Made by a program: the position numbers and the translations under genes
IMG/VR virus record: IMGVR_UViG_3300024346_000010
Strand: one strand, 5' to 3'
Origin: a virus
DNA: 64,000 nt
The notes under the pieces: generated by a model
Databases searched by the model: none
What the model was told of the DNA's origin: nothing
The model's input: only the letters and a program-made list of their open reading frames with translations
In this document: positions 28,961 to 38,838 of the stretch, piece by piece
Position numbering within the stretch: the stretch's first letter is position 1
Layout of the letters: each line of letters starts with the position of its first letter

Positions 28961-29329
28961 ATGAATAATGATGATTTACTGGAAGAAGATCTAGTAATAT
29001 TTGCAGCAAAACACTACTACTCACCTTTAGGTAAAATAGACCCTGAAGAGTTTTATGCAGATTTGAAAAGATTTAAATATATCAAGCGCCTTGTTAATAG
29101 GCATTTGGAAACTGGTGCATTAGCAGAGCGCTTGATATTAAACCATCTTATAGTCATTTTCAATGTATTTGGAAACTATGGCGCTATTAGGATTTTAGGT
29201 TTAAAACTTACCGATGAGCAATGGACTGTAGTTAAGCCGTTTCTCCAGTTTTTGAAATATGTTCGTGATAACCAACTATCTGACATTGAATCAGATCAGA
29301 TAGTAGTAGATAAACTTAAGAGGATATAA
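28961..29329 (+). CDS. conserved T4-like hypothetical protein
   Basis: EEFYADLKRFKYIKRL..ERLILNHLIVIFNVFG. Confidence 0.7.
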   Translation: MNNDDLLEEDLVIFAAKHYYSPLGKIDPEEFYADLKRFKYIKRLVNRHLETGALAERLILNHLIVIFNVFGNYGAIRILGLKLTDEQWTVVKPFLQFLKYVRDNQLSDIESDQIVVDKLKRI

Positions 29330-29925
29330 TGGGTATTATCAAACGCGCCGGTGATTTAGTCTATACATTTAGATTTCTCACATTGCTTACTACACCATTC
29401 GATAAAACGAAAGCGTTTGAAGCTGGTATTATTGATGCTGATGGTAAACGCAACAAGCAATTTAATACAAATACTATTGAAGACCGCGACGCATATAAGA
29501 ACTTTTATACTCCTTTCCATAGACTTGTATTTAATGTAAAACGTCTTATGGCCAAAGCGCCTGGTGGAAGCAGCAGTATTGCTTCATATGCTGCCGGCTT
29601 ATATCTTATTAAAGAAAACTATAGCGTATCAGAGAAGAAGATCCTTAAAGGTCTTGCCGATATTGGTATTGATTCAACAGATTTACTTGCAGAAGAAAAT
29701 CAGTGGTTTGTATTAGAAAATAATCAGTTATCACCTGGCGTCTATATTTTAAAAAATGAAAAAATCATTGATAACGTTGATATAATGGTTGCCAAAGGAT
29801 CTAAAGTTAAAGTCGCTGAAGATTCTTTCCCAGTTGGCGATATTTTTGGAATGAATATTTATGAAGCGACTCATATTAGGACAAATAAAAAAGTGTACAT
29901 TACTTCATCGGAGATTGTTAGATGA
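29329..29925 (+). CDS. conserved T4-like hypothetical protein
   Basis: GIIDADGK, YTPFHRLVFNVKRL. Confidence 0.65.
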   Translation: MGIIKRAGDLVYTFRFLTLLTTPFDKTKAFEAGIIDADGKRNKQFNTNTIEDRDAYKNFYTPFHRLVFNVKRLMAKAPGGSSSIASYAAGLYLIKENYSVSEKKILKGLADIGIDSTDLLAEENQWFVLENNQLSPGVYILKNEKIIDNVDIMVAKGSKVKVAEDSFPVGDIFGMNIYEATHIRTNKKVYITSSEIVR

Positions 29926-31253
29926 AACCAGAATGTGAAAAATGCGCAGAATATGGCTCTGAGTTCTGTAAAGATTGCCTTAATGAAAAAGAAATAGAAA
30001 ACGAGCATCCTAACTGCGGTACTCCTGATTGCTGCGGCGAATGTGAAACTGCTTTTTGTAATGATTGTTTAACTGAAAGCAAAATGACACAAGCGCAGCT
30101 AAGTTCACTAGAAAAAATTCTAGACAAAGCATTTGCCCGTCTTGGTATTGATATTAACTTCACTAAACACTTCTTTGATCGTGTAAACGATGTGCGTAAC
30201 AAAGAGCAAATCACACCAAAAGAAATCGCTCTTTTGTTTAAAAAAGAATATGTGAAATACGGAAAGCCGATTTCAAAGTTGCCTCCTGGCTCGGAAGCTG
30301 TTATGAAAGACCTTGAATCAGACATTAACATTCCATTCGTAATCAAATACGATGCAAAGAACAAAGAAATAGATTTGGTCGCAAAGACTATTATGCGTAA
30401 GAAAAACTTCACATCACCAGACAAAACATATCCCGTTGAGCAAGTCACACTTGATGAGGGTGTTAATGATCCAGCAATCTTTAAAGCAGTATTTCTTGCT
30501 GGTGGTCCAGGTTCTGGTAAGTCTTTTGTCGTGGGCAAAACAGCGCTCACTGCGCTTGGATTTAAAGTAGTTAACTCTGATGACGCATTTGAGCGTGGTC
30601 TTAAAAACGCAAATATGGATATGACTCCAGAGAATATCTACTCTCCAAAAGGTCAAGAGATTCGTAACAAAGCAAAAGCTCTTACAAAGAATAGACAGCA
30701 AGGTTATTTGAATGGTCGTCTCGGTCTTATCATTGATGGCACGGGCAAAGACTACGGAAAAATCACAAATCAAGCAGACGAACTCAAACGTCTAGGTTAT
30801 GAAGTCGCTATGATTTTCGTTAACACAGATGAAGATACTGCACTCAAGCGCAATCAAACGCGCGGGCGTTCACTTCCAGACGCTACTGTATCAAAGATGT
30901 GGAAAGACGTTCAAAAGAACTTGGGTAAGTTTCAGAACTACTTTAGACAGAAAATATTTATTGTTGACAACTCAGAAGACTCGAATTTTGAGGGAGCTGT
31001 TATGTCAACATACAAAGCTATATCTGCGTGGTCAAAAACAAAGCCAGCATCAAAAGCAGCGACTGGATGGATCAAAAGTCAACGTCCGGTAAAAGAAGAG
31101 CTTGGTATGACTACGGCATCTGCAGGCATTCCACAGGATACAAAAGACATGGGACCTCGTTTCAAAGCACACAATGTCACTGACAGACGCCGCAGAAAAG
31201 ACAAGTCGCCAGTTGTTCTAAAAAGATTTAGGAAGTATATGGAAGAAAAATAA
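29922..31253 (+). CDS. multidomain protein: Cys-rich N-terminus plus zeta-toxin/AAA_33-like P-loop kinase
   Basis: LAGGPGSGKS, NSDD, IIDGTG, ALKRNQTRGR. Confidence 0.75.
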   Translation: MKPECEKCAEYGSEFCKDCLNEKEIENEHPNCGTPDCCGECETAFCNDCLTESKMTQAQLSSLEKILDKAFARLGIDINFTKHFFDRVNDVRNKEQITPKEIALLFKKEYVKYGKPISKLPPGSEAVMKDLESDINIPFVIKYDAKNKEIDLVAKTIMRKKNFTSPDKTYPVEQVTLDEGVNDPAIFKAVFLAGGPGSGKSFVVGKTALTALGFKVVNSDDAFERGLKNANMDMTPENIYSPKGQEIRNKAKALTKNRQQGYLNGRLGLIIDGTGKDYGKITNQADELKRLGYEVAMIFVNTDEDTALKRNQTRGRSLPDATVSKMWKDVQKNLGKFQNYFRQKIFIVDNSEDSNFEGAVMSTYKAISAWSKTKPASKAATGWIKSQRPVKEELGMTTASAGIPQDTKDMGPRFKAHNVTDRRRRKDKSPVVLKRFRKYMEEK

Positions 31254-31660
31254 TGCTTAAGATTTATATTTTTCTAGCAGTATTGGCAGTATTTGGTGGT
31301 ATAGGTTACGGTGCATACGCATACTATACTAGCACTCAGGCAACTATTGCATTATTAAGAGAAAACAACACAAAGCTTGTTATTGCTGCAGAAACACTAC
31401 AAGATACTATTGATCAAATGGAAGCGAACCAAGCTCGAAATGAAGAACTTAATAAAGAGTTATCTTCTGCTCTTCAGAAAGCTGAAGGTAAACTTGACGG
31501 ACTTCGTAAACGTTTTAGTCAAATTGATATTGTTCGTGAAGCTCAAGCTGAACCAGACAAAATGGCAGAGAGAATCAATCGTGCCGTTGATAGACTTAGA
31601 GAGGAATTGATGAATGAAACATCTACTGTGGATAGTTCCAGCAACACTGATTCTGAGTAG
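31253..31660 (+). CDS. i-spanin (Rz-like)
   Basis: N-terminal TM plus coiled coil; overlaps a lipoprotein gene. Confidence 0.7.
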   Translation: MLKIYIFLAVLAVFGGIGYGAYAYYTSTQATIALLRENNTKLVIAAETLQDTIDQMEANQARNEELNKELSSALQKAEGKLDGLRKRFSQIDIVREAQAEPDKMAERINRAVDRLREELMNETSTVDSSSNTDSE

Positions 31661-31976
31661 TTGCGGTGCGGGGTCTATTGACGAAAAGATCGTAACGCAA
31701 ACAAAATACACAAAGCAAAATATTCAGATTCAAGAGAGACCTAAACCTGTTGACTTTCCTGATACTGAATGGTTTGTGGTATCAGAAGAAAACTTTGATG
31801 AAGCCATAAAGAAAATTGAAGAACATGGTGGATCAGTTACCTTTATGGCTATTACGCCTAAGGGTTATGAAAACCTATCTATCGGTGTGGCCGAACTCCG
31901 TAGATATATCCTTCAACAGAAGGAAATTATTGCTTACTATGAAAAAGCAATAGAAGGCCCTACCCCTAAAAAATAA
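31614..31976 (+). CDS. o-spanin (Rz1-like lipoprotein)
   Basis: Lipobox LSSC; follows the Rz-like gene. Confidence 0.7.
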   Translation: MKHLLWIVPATLILSSCGAGSIDEKIVTQTKYTKQNIQIQERPKPVDFPDTEWFVVSEENFDEAIKKIEEHGGSVTFMAITPKGYENLSIGVAELRRYILQQKEIIAYYEKAIEGPTPKK

Positions 31977-32052
31977 TACAATATGTAGTAACATTTTATC
32001 TGGTTTCTGTAATAAACGCGGTTTACGGAAACCATAAAGCAATATATAATAC
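31976..32052 (+). promoter_or_regulatory. nrd promoter with NrdR-box-like sites
   Basis: TTTACG-N17-TATAAT; ATACAATATGTAGTAA and AAGCAATATATAATAC resemble the NrdR consensus. Confidence 0.45.
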
Positions 32053-32133
32053 TACCATAGACAATTTAAAATGTTTCAGAATAGCAATATTCTGAGGGGC
32101 CGCCTTATTCGCTTTTTGCTGCAGGAGAAATAG

Positions 32134-33102
32134 ATGCTATTCGAAGAACAAATTTCCAGAAAACCAAATCACTATCCATGGACTAATGACTTTATTGAGG
32201 CCATTTGGAGTGGCTTTTGGACGCCTGAAGAGTTTAATTTTACGTCAGACTATTCTAATTTTAAGACAGATATGAATGCTCAAGAGAGACAAATTCTAAT
32301 CCGTACACTTTCTGCCATTGGCCAAATTGAAGTAGCTGTTAAGACTTTTTGGTCTAACCTAGGCGATAACTTGCCACATCCCGCGTTGCGCGATCTCGGT
32401 TATGCGATGGGCAACTCAGAAGTTATTCACAATATGGCATATGAGAAACTCCTAGAAGTTCTACAGCTAAATGATATCTTTGAAGAAAATCTAAAAGATC
32501 CGGTTGTATCTGGACGTGTGGATTATTTGCGTAAGTACCTATCAAAGGTTTACAAAGATGATAAAAAGCAGTATATTTACGCTATCACACTATTCACTTT
32601 GTTTGTTGAAAATGTATCACTATTCTCACAGTTCTATATCATTCTTCATATGAATAAGAATAAAGGTATTCTCAAAGATACAGCACAGCAAGTAAAGTAT
32701 ACGCGTAACGAAGAAATGTTGCATGCTCAAGTTGGTATTAAACTGATCAATACAATGCGTCAAGAATACCCAGAGCTTTTTGACGCTGAAATGGAAGAGC
32801 GTATTGCTCATGAGTGTGAAGAGTCTATTCGTTGCGAATCAGAAGTAATCCGTTGGATTATGGGCGATTACGAAGAAAAGGGTTTGAACTCAGATATTCT
32901 TGTCGAGTTCATTAAAAAACGTATGGTTGAGTCACTAGAGCAAATTGGCTTTAACCACAATATTACATATGACGAACATCTGATTAAGGAAACCAAGTGG
33001 TTTGACGAGGGTTTATACGGAACCAACATGGTTGACTTTTTCAATGGCAGACCAGTAGACTATGCCCGTGGTCAAGGCATCTCAGCAGACGATTTATTTT
33101 AA
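32134..33102 (+). CDS. nrdB: ribonucleotide reductase class I beta subunit
   Basis: FWTPEEF, EVIHNMAY, ENVSLFSQF, EEMLH, DFF. Confidence 0.95.
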   Translation: MLFEEQISRKPNHYPWTNDFIEAIWSGFWTPEEFNFTSDYSNFKTDMNAQERQILIRTLSAIGQIEVAVKTFWSNLGDNLPHPALRDLGYAMGNSEVIHNMAYEKLLEVLQLNDIFEENLKDPVVSGRVDYLRKYLSKVYKDDKKQYIYAITLFTLFVENVSLFSQFYIILHMNKNKGILKDTAQQVKYTRNEEMLHAQVGIKLINTMRQEYPELFDAEMEERIAHECEESIRCESEVIRWIMGDYEEKGLNSDILVEFIKKRMVESLEQIGFNHNITYDEHLIKETKWFDEGLYGTNMVDFFNGRPVDYARGQGISADDLF

Positions 33103-33112
33103 GGAAACATAA

Positions 33113-34756
33113 ATGGCATTTAAATGGCTAAACAATGACTCACGGACATTCCTCAGCCGTGGGTATCTACAACCAGGCGTGACTCCTGAAAACCGCATCC
33201 GTAAAATTGCTGAAGCGGCTGAAGAAATTCTAGATCAACCTGGCTTTGCCAAAAAGTTCTATGACTATATGAGTATGGGGTTTTATAGCCTATCCTCTCC
33301 AGTATGGTCAAACTTCGGGGAAGAAACAGGACTTCCGATTTCGTGTAATGGCGTTTTGGTTGAAGACTCTATTGAAGAGATCCTACAAAAAACAGCAGAA
33401 GTAGGTGTACAGACAAAGCTTGGAGCTGGAACATCTGGGTTCTTTGGCAACATTCGACCTCGTGGAAGTCACATTAAAGGAGGAGGAAAAGCTGATGGAC
33501 CTGTTCATTACCTACGCATGTTTGACGTTGGCACTGACGTTATTTCTCAAGGTACCACTCGCCGTGGGGCTTTTGCTGGTTATCTTAACATTGATCACCC
33601 TGATATCATGGAATTCCTAGAGATCCGTGAACCTGGTGCAGAAATTCAAAATATCAGTCTAGGCATAACCATTCCCGATGAGTGGATGCAATCTATGATT
33701 GATGGAGATACAGACAAGCGTAATATTTGGGCAGCAGTGCTTCGTAAACGTAAAGAAACTGGCTACCCATATCTGTTCTTCTCTGATACGGTTAATGATA
33801 ACAAACCTCAGGTTCTTAAAGACAAAAACCTTCCCATTTGGGCATCAAACCTTTGTTCAGAAATTGCACTTCCATCAAGTGTAGAATGGACATTTGTATG
33901 TAACCTATCATCTATGAACCTTGCTACATGGGATAAGTGGAAGTATACTGATGCGGTTGAAACGCTGACTTATTTCCTTGATGCTGTTATGGAAGAATAT
34001 ATCCGTAAGACAGATGGGCTACGTTTCATGGAATCAGCTAACTTGTTTGCAAAGACTTGGCGAGCACTCGGTATTGGTCAGCTTGGTTGGCATACACTTC
34101 TACAAAAGAAACGTATCCCGTTTGAGTCATTCCGTGCCCTTGAACTTACTGAAGAAATTAGTAAGTTTATTGACGAGAAATCTCTTGAAGCTTCTAAAGA
34201 GATGGCAGAGGAATATGGCGTTCCTTCAGGCCTTATGGGATATGGTATTCGTAACCTTACACGTTGTGCTATTGCTCCTACAACATCTTCTAGCTTTATT
34301 CTTGGACAAGTATCACCATCAATTGAACCACTTGCATCAAACTATTTTGTAAAAGATCTTGCTAAAGGTTCATTCACTTATAAGAACCCGCATCTTATGG
34401 CAGTTCTAGAAGGATATTCTAAGAACAATGATGAAACGTGGGATAGCATTTTGATGAAGAAAGGTTCTGTACAACACTTGGACTTCTTGACGCAGAACGA
34501 ACGTGATGTGTTTAAAACTTTCTCTGAGATTAGTCCTATTAACGTAGTACAACAAGCCGCTGCAAGACAGACATATATAGATCAGAGCCAGTCTTTGAAC
34601 TTGATGATTCCGCCTTCAGCTTCTGCTAAAGATGTTAACGCGTTGATTATTGAGGGATGGCGGCTTGGCATTAAAACATTTTATTACCAGCGGTCGTCAA
34701 ATCCTGCACAGGAACTTGTTAGGGATATTTTGACATGCGTCAGTTGCGAGGCATAA
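33113..34756 (+). CDS. nrdA: ribonucleotide reductase class I alpha subunit
   Basis: SNLCSEI, CNLSS, APTTSSS, DQSQSLN, KTFYY, C-terminal CVSC. Confidence 0.96.
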   Translation: MAFKWLNNDSRTFLSRGYLQPGVTPENRIRKIAEAAEEILDQPGFAKKFYDYMSMGFYSLSSPVWSNFGEETGLPISCNGVLVEDSIEEILQKTAEVGVQTKLGAGTSGFFGNIRPRGSHIKGGGKADGPVHYLRMFDVGTDVISQGTTRRGAFAGYLNIDHPDIMEFLEIREPGAEIQNISLGITIPDEWMQSMIDGDTDKRNIWAAVLRKRKETGYPYLFFSDTVNDNKPQVLKDKNLPIWASNLCSEIALPSSVEWTFVCNLSSMNLATWDKWKYTDAVETLTYFLDAVMEEYIRKTDGLRFMESANLFAKTWRALGIGQLGWHTLLQKKRIPFESFRALELTEEISKFIDEKSLEASKEMAEEYGVPSGLMGYGIRNLTRCAIAPTTSSSFILGQVSPSIEPLASNYFVKDLAKGSFTYKNPHLMAVLEGYSKNNDETWDSILMKKGSVQHLDFLTQNERDVFKTFSEISPINVVQQAAARQTYIDQSQSLNLMIPPSASAKDVNALIIEGWRLGIKTFYYQRSSNPAQELVRDILTCVSCEA

Positions 34757-34757
34757 A

Positions 34758-34913
34758 TTGAAAATAGCAGAATATATTTGCGAATGTGATTACTGCGGCT
34801 CGGAAACCCGAGTCGTGGTAATTAACGAAAGAGAAGAACCATTGTTTTGTTCTATGTGTGGCCAAGAATCTGGCCATGCTTTCCTTGATGGAGAAGAAGA
34901 TAGCGATGACTAA
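34758..34913 (+). CDS. 51-aa zinc-ribbon protein, absent from ORF track
   Basis: TTG start; CDYC...CSMC. Confidence 0.55.
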   Translation: MKIAEYICECDYCGSETRVVVINEREEPLFCSMCGQESGHAFLDGEEDSDD

Positions 34914-35475
34914 CTATCACATACTGAAAAACTTACCTCAAGAATTTTTAGATTTAATAAAAGAAGAATGGCTAATTGCCAAACCAAATCTTAAAAATTC
35001 TGCTGATTTTCGCTATGTAGTTGCTGATAAAAATCAGGATTATGTGCTTATTAATAAATCTCATAAAATTTATGACATTGTAAATAAATTTATTAGTGTT
35101 CCACATGAAGGTTTGTCATTCCTCATTAATAATCCAAATACCGGGTTGGGTCCAGTCCATATTGATGCTTCAAGAATGTGTGCAATTAATATTCCGCTTG
35201 AAGTAGACTTTATTAACTCGTGTTTTTTTATTGAAAATCAGGAATGCACTGAAAGACCATTCCATAACCAAGATGGACAATTGCATCCCGGAACTAAGCG
35301 ATTTTTATATGAACCTCAAAAATATGATTATTATAACTCTAGAGAACCAGTGTTAATGAATACTAAAAAGACTCATGGTTTTTTTAATTATTCAAATAAT
35401 TCGCGTGTACTGTTTAGTATCTCATTTACACGACCATACGAGGAAGTATTATCGGAGATAATTAGCAATGACTGA
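34906..35475 (+). CDS. 2OG-Fe(II)/cupin-like oxygenase
   Basis: PVHID...INIP...H...R. Confidence 0.55.
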   Translation: MTNYHILKNLPQEFLDLIKEEWLIAKPNLKNSADFRYVVADKNQDYVLINKSHKIYDIVNKFISVPHEGLSFLINNPNTGLGPVHIDASRMCAINIPLEVDFINSCFFIENQECTERPFHNQDGQLHPGTKRFLYEPQKYDYYNSREPVLMNTKKTHGFFNYSNNSRVLFSISFTRPYEEVLSEIISND

Positions 35476-36067
35476 ATATAACAAATATCCAAATATGAAA
35501 ATCCTACATAATATGCCGCAAGATTTTATTGATCTTTGCGTCAATTTATGGGAAACAACTAAAGATGACGCTGTAAATGGACTTAATGGCAACAGAATTT
35601 ACGTCGACGATCACGTGGAAAAGTTTATTGAGTTTAATTCTGAAGAATTAAACAGCCGCTTTGAAGAAATATTTGGTCTTAAAGTTTGGGGAACTATGTG
35701 GCTTATAAGTCATGCTAATATAGGAATGGTGCCTATTCATATTGATAGCAATAGGCCTGTTGGAATTAATATCCCCATATCAGTAGATTTAAATAATAGC
35801 TGCTTTTTTATTGCAAATCAGGAATGCACGCGACGAGCCCTATATCCCGGAGAAGTTCCAGAAGATAGAGTTGAACATGCTGTAAGATACGAATATGAGC
35901 CTGAGAAATACGATTGGTATAATGTAGAAAAACCTTTAATACTTAATGCATGGGCCGCGCATGGATATTTTAATCGAGCGAAAGAACGGCGAGTAATGCT
36001 AAGTATTTCCGTTGAAGGATTGTATGAGGAAATTTTACCTAAGATCCCGCTTGAGTTATACACCTAG
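35468..36067 (+). CDS. 2OG-Fe(II)/cupin-like oxygenase (paralog)
   Basis: PIHID, NSCFFI.NQECT and YEP.KYD shared with previous ORF. Confidence 0.55.
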   Translation: MTEYNKYPNMKILHNMPQDFIDLCVNLWETTKDDAVNGLNGNRIYVDDHVEKFIEFNSEELNSRFEEIFGLKVWGTMWLISHANIGMVPIHIDSNRPVGINIPISVDLNNSCFFIANQECTRRALYPGEVPEDRVEHAVRYEYEPEKYDWYNVEKPLILNAWAAHGYFNRAKERRVMLSISVEGLYEEILPKIPLELYT

Positions 36068-36121
36068 TTTAGCGTTCCATATATAGTACGTAATGACACT
36101 TAATGGATTGTTGACGAACAT

Positions 36122-36538
36122 ATGTGGTACTATAATAATGAGGCCTACGAGCCGTCTGAAGGAGACCTAAAAGAGTGGGTGGGATTTGTTTATGTTATTA
36201 CCGATAAATCCAATAATAAGATGTATGTTGGAAAGAAGACGTTTTGGTCTAAACGAACATTACCGCCGCTCAAAGGCAAAACCCGTAAAAGAAGAAGCGT
36301 TGTTGAATCAGATTGGAAATCCTATTATGGATCCTCCGATCTGGTTAAGCAATTGTTACTTGAGGCCGGGGAACAGAACTTCCATCGTGAAATATTATAC
36401 TTTTGTAAATCGAAGGGAGAGATGGGATATCTCGAAGCCAAAGAGCAGTTTGATAGAAATGTATTGTTAGATGATAACTATTACAATGGCATCATTAACT
36501 GCAAAATACACAGAAGCCATGTAAAAAGTTTAAAATAA
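36122..36538 (+). CDS. GIY-YIG-family nuclease
   Basis: GFVYVIT...MYVGKK, YYGSS, YYN. Confidence 0.8.
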   Translation: MWYYNNEAYEPSEGDLKEWVGFVYVITDKSNNKMYVGKKTFWSKRTLPPLKGKTRKRRSVVESDWKSYYGSSDLVKQLLLEAGEQNFHREILYFCKSKGEMGYLEAKEQFDRNVLLDDNYYNGIINCKIHRSHVKSLK

Positions 36539-36607
36539 AAATTATATTTAGGTGTTTACAACTAAATATTCCTATGGTATAACAGTTATATCAAAAGGAG
36601 ACATACA

Positions 36608-36955
36608 ATGATCACCATCCACCAAATCAAACTTACCGAAGATCAAATTGCGGCAGTAAATCACGGAACAGTAGTTCCTGCCTTTGAAGCAAAAATGAGT
36701 GTTCAACTTGACGCCAAGAAATTTAAGACTGAAAATTTTAAATTCTATACAGAAACAGTCTCGGTGGATACTGATGATCTTGAAGTTGCCTTTGAAGCTA
36801 CAAACTTGTGGAATATGCCACAGATTACAAAAAAATTCAGTGATGCTGTCTACTCATCTTCAGTAGGTGATATTTTCCAGAAAGGTGATAGATACTTTAT
36901 GGTTGATACCTTTGGATTTAAAGAGCTTTACTTCTTCGCAGATGAGCTTATCTAA
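36608..36955 (+). CDS. early protein with YodL-like C-terminal motif
   Basis: SSSVGDI...YFMVDTFGFKEL; promoter TTTACA..TATAAC and AAGGAG SD. Confidence 0.55.
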   Translation: MITIHQIKLTEDQIAAVNHGTVVPAFEAKMSVQLDAKKFKTENFKFYTETVSVDTDDLEVAFEATNLWNMPQITKKFSDAVYSSSVGDIFQKGDRYFMVDTFGFKELYFFADELI

Positions 36956-36958
36956 ATT

Positions 36959-36997
36959 ATAGGCAGGGTTTACATTCCCTGCCTATTTTAGTATAAT
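36959..36997 (+). promoter_or_regulatory. early promoter with -35 in a 10-bp hairpin loop
   Basis: ATAGGCAGGG-TTTACATT-CCCTGCCTAT; TTTACA-N17-TATAAT. Confidence 0.85.
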
Positions 36998-37024
36998 GTA
37001 TAGATTAAACAAAGGAAGTATATA

Positions 37025-37876
37025 ATGATCTTGATTGACTATTCAGGTATCTCTATTGCCCCTATTGCTATGGGTGCAGTAAAGTGGGATGATGAAAACC
37101 TTATTCGCCACATGATTTTGAACAGTATTCGCTTATATCGCAAGAAGTTTAAATCATATGGCGATGTAATTATCGTGGGAGATAACGGCGGCAACTGGCG
37201 CAAAGATGTTTATCCTGAGTATAAAGGTAAACGGAATAAAACCCGTGATGAGTCTAAAATCGACTGGGACGTTGCATTTAAAAGCATTAATCTAGTCTTA
37301 GATGAAATTCGTGATAACTTCCCATATAAAGTTATTAAACAATATGGTTGCGAAGCGGATGACACTATTGCCGAAATCGTAAAATGGACTCAAGAGTTTG
37401 GTAACTATGAGGAAGTTATGATCGTATCTGCTGATAAAGACTTCAAGCAGCTTCATAAATATGGAAACGTGTCGCAGTATTCGACTATTACTAAAAAGCT
37501 GGTAAAGGTTGAAAACCCACAACTAGAACTTATGGAGCATATCCTTAAGGGCGATCAAGGTGACGGTGTGCCTAACGTTCTTTCTGATGATAGAGTATTT
37601 GTTGAAGAACGACGTCAAAACGTCCTATCAGCCAAGAAAAAAGCAGCTCTTATGGAAGACCCTAAATCTTTGGGTGAAGAAGTCTATCGCAATTATCTTA
37701 GAAATAAAAAGATGATTGATTTAACAGAAGACTCGGCATGTCCTGAGTCTGTAAAACAAGAAATCATAAATAGTTTTGTAAGCCAAGATCCGTCTGGCAA
37801 TAGTAAAAAAGTTATGAATTATTTAATTATGAAGCGTTGTAGGCTTCTATTGGAATGTGTGGGAGACTTTATTTAA
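37025..37876 (+). CDS. rnh: T4 RNase H (5'-3' exonuclease)
   Basis: LIDYS, YKGKR, EADD, SADKDFKQL, GDQGDGVPN. Confidence 0.93.
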   Translation: MILIDYSGISIAPIAMGAVKWDDENLIRHMILNSIRLYRKKFKSYGDVIIVGDNGGNWRKDVYPEYKGKRNKTRDESKIDWDVAFKSINLVLDEIRDNFPYKVIKQYGCEADDTIAEIVKWTQEFGNYEEVMIVSADKDFKQLHKYGNVSQYSTITKKLVKVENPQLELMEHILKGDQGDGVPNVLSDDRVFVEERRQNVLSAKKKAALMEDPKSLGEEVYRNYLRNKKMIDLTEDSACPESVKQEIINSFVSQDPSGNSKKVMNYLIMKRCRLLLECVGDFI

Positions 37877-38289
37877 TGGCACTAATGGTATATGAAGTTT
37901 TGGAAAAATTTGCCAAAGCTGAAACACGTAATGAAAAGATTAAAATTCTACAGGATAATAATAGTCAAGCTCTGCGTGACATTATTCAAGGTTCGTTGGA
38001 TCCTCGTATCGTATGGTTGTTGCCTAAGGGCGATGTTCCATATACTGCGTGTGACCCACATAACGCGCCGACGACCCTACTAAAAAAACATAAAGACTTC
38101 TTATATTGTGCTAAAGGTGGCAAGGGCGATAATATGCCTTCCGTCAAGCGTGAAAAGATTTTCCTTGGGATTGTTGAGTCCATCCATCCTAAGGACGCAG
38201 AATTGGTGTGCAAAATGATTAACAAAAAGCCGCCAGTAAAAGGTCTAACTGTAAAACTAGCACAGGAGGCATTCCCTGGCTTGTTATAG
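37876..38289 (+). CDS. conserved T4-like hypothetical protein
   Basis: LPKGDVPY, KREKIF...ESIHPKDAEL, EAFP. Confidence 0.7.
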   Translation: MALMVYEVLEKFAKAETRNEKIKILQDNNSQALRDIIQGSLDPRIVWLLPKGDVPYTACDPHNAPTTLLKKHKDFLYCAKGGKGDNMPSVKREKIFLGIVESIHPKDAELVCKMINKKPPVKGLTVKLAQEAFPGLL

Positions 38290-38367
38290 TTTAGACGTTA
38301 ATTTTAAACCTTAATCAGAAGTGTGTTCGTTTATGCGATCACACTTTTTTTATTTGGAGACAAACTT

Positions 38368-38547
38368 ATGGTTTCAGCAACAATCGACCGCTTAAAGAAA
38401 GATTCACGAAATCTCGGATGGGCCGCGGCAAGATATAGAAAACAAGGAAGAACAGATAGAATGTATAAAGTATTAAACAAAAAAGCTTATCTAGACGACC
38501 AAATTGCTGAAATAGAAGAAACGCTCCTAGTACTAGTATCTGCATAG
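38368..38547 (+). CDS. hypothetical protein
   Basis: SD GGAG; flanked by terminator-like hairpins. Confidence 0.6.
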   Translation: MVSATIDRLKKDSRNLGWAAARYRKQGRTDRMYKVLNKKAYLDDQIAEIEETLLVLVSA

Positions 38548-38554
38548 TTATACA

Positions 38555-38598
38555 ATAGCCTCGGTTGCAAAAATAAATGCAATCGGGGCTATTTTTTT
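38555..38598 (+). terminator. intrinsic terminator
   Basis: AATAGCCTCGGTTGCA...TGCAATCGGGGCTATT followed by T-run. Confidence 0.75.
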
Positions 38599-38652
38599 AT
38601 GTACAGCACCGATATTGTAGTGTAGAAATTATATAACATAAGGAGATACACA

Positions 38653-38838
38653 ATGACAAACATCACATTCACTCAAACAATCGCCAACCAAATTCCTCAA
38701 GGCCTTGACCGCTACGATCAAATCTTCGCAGCTAAGGAACTGATCCTTAAAACCGATTCTCATATCCTAGCTACATGCAGAGAGACTCTAGAAGAAATTG
38801 AAGAAATTATCTTACAAAGGGATGTATTACAAAAATAA
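38653..38838 (+). CDS. early hypothetical protein
   Basis: SD AAGGAG. Confidence 0.65.
   Translation: MTNITFTQTIANQIPQGLDRYDQIFAAKELILKTDSHILATCRETLEEIEEIILQRDVLQK

Noticed and set aside
3329-34756. Introns or inteins in thyX, nrdB or nrdA
   Set aside because: All are uninterrupted, of compact length and lack intein terminal motifs.
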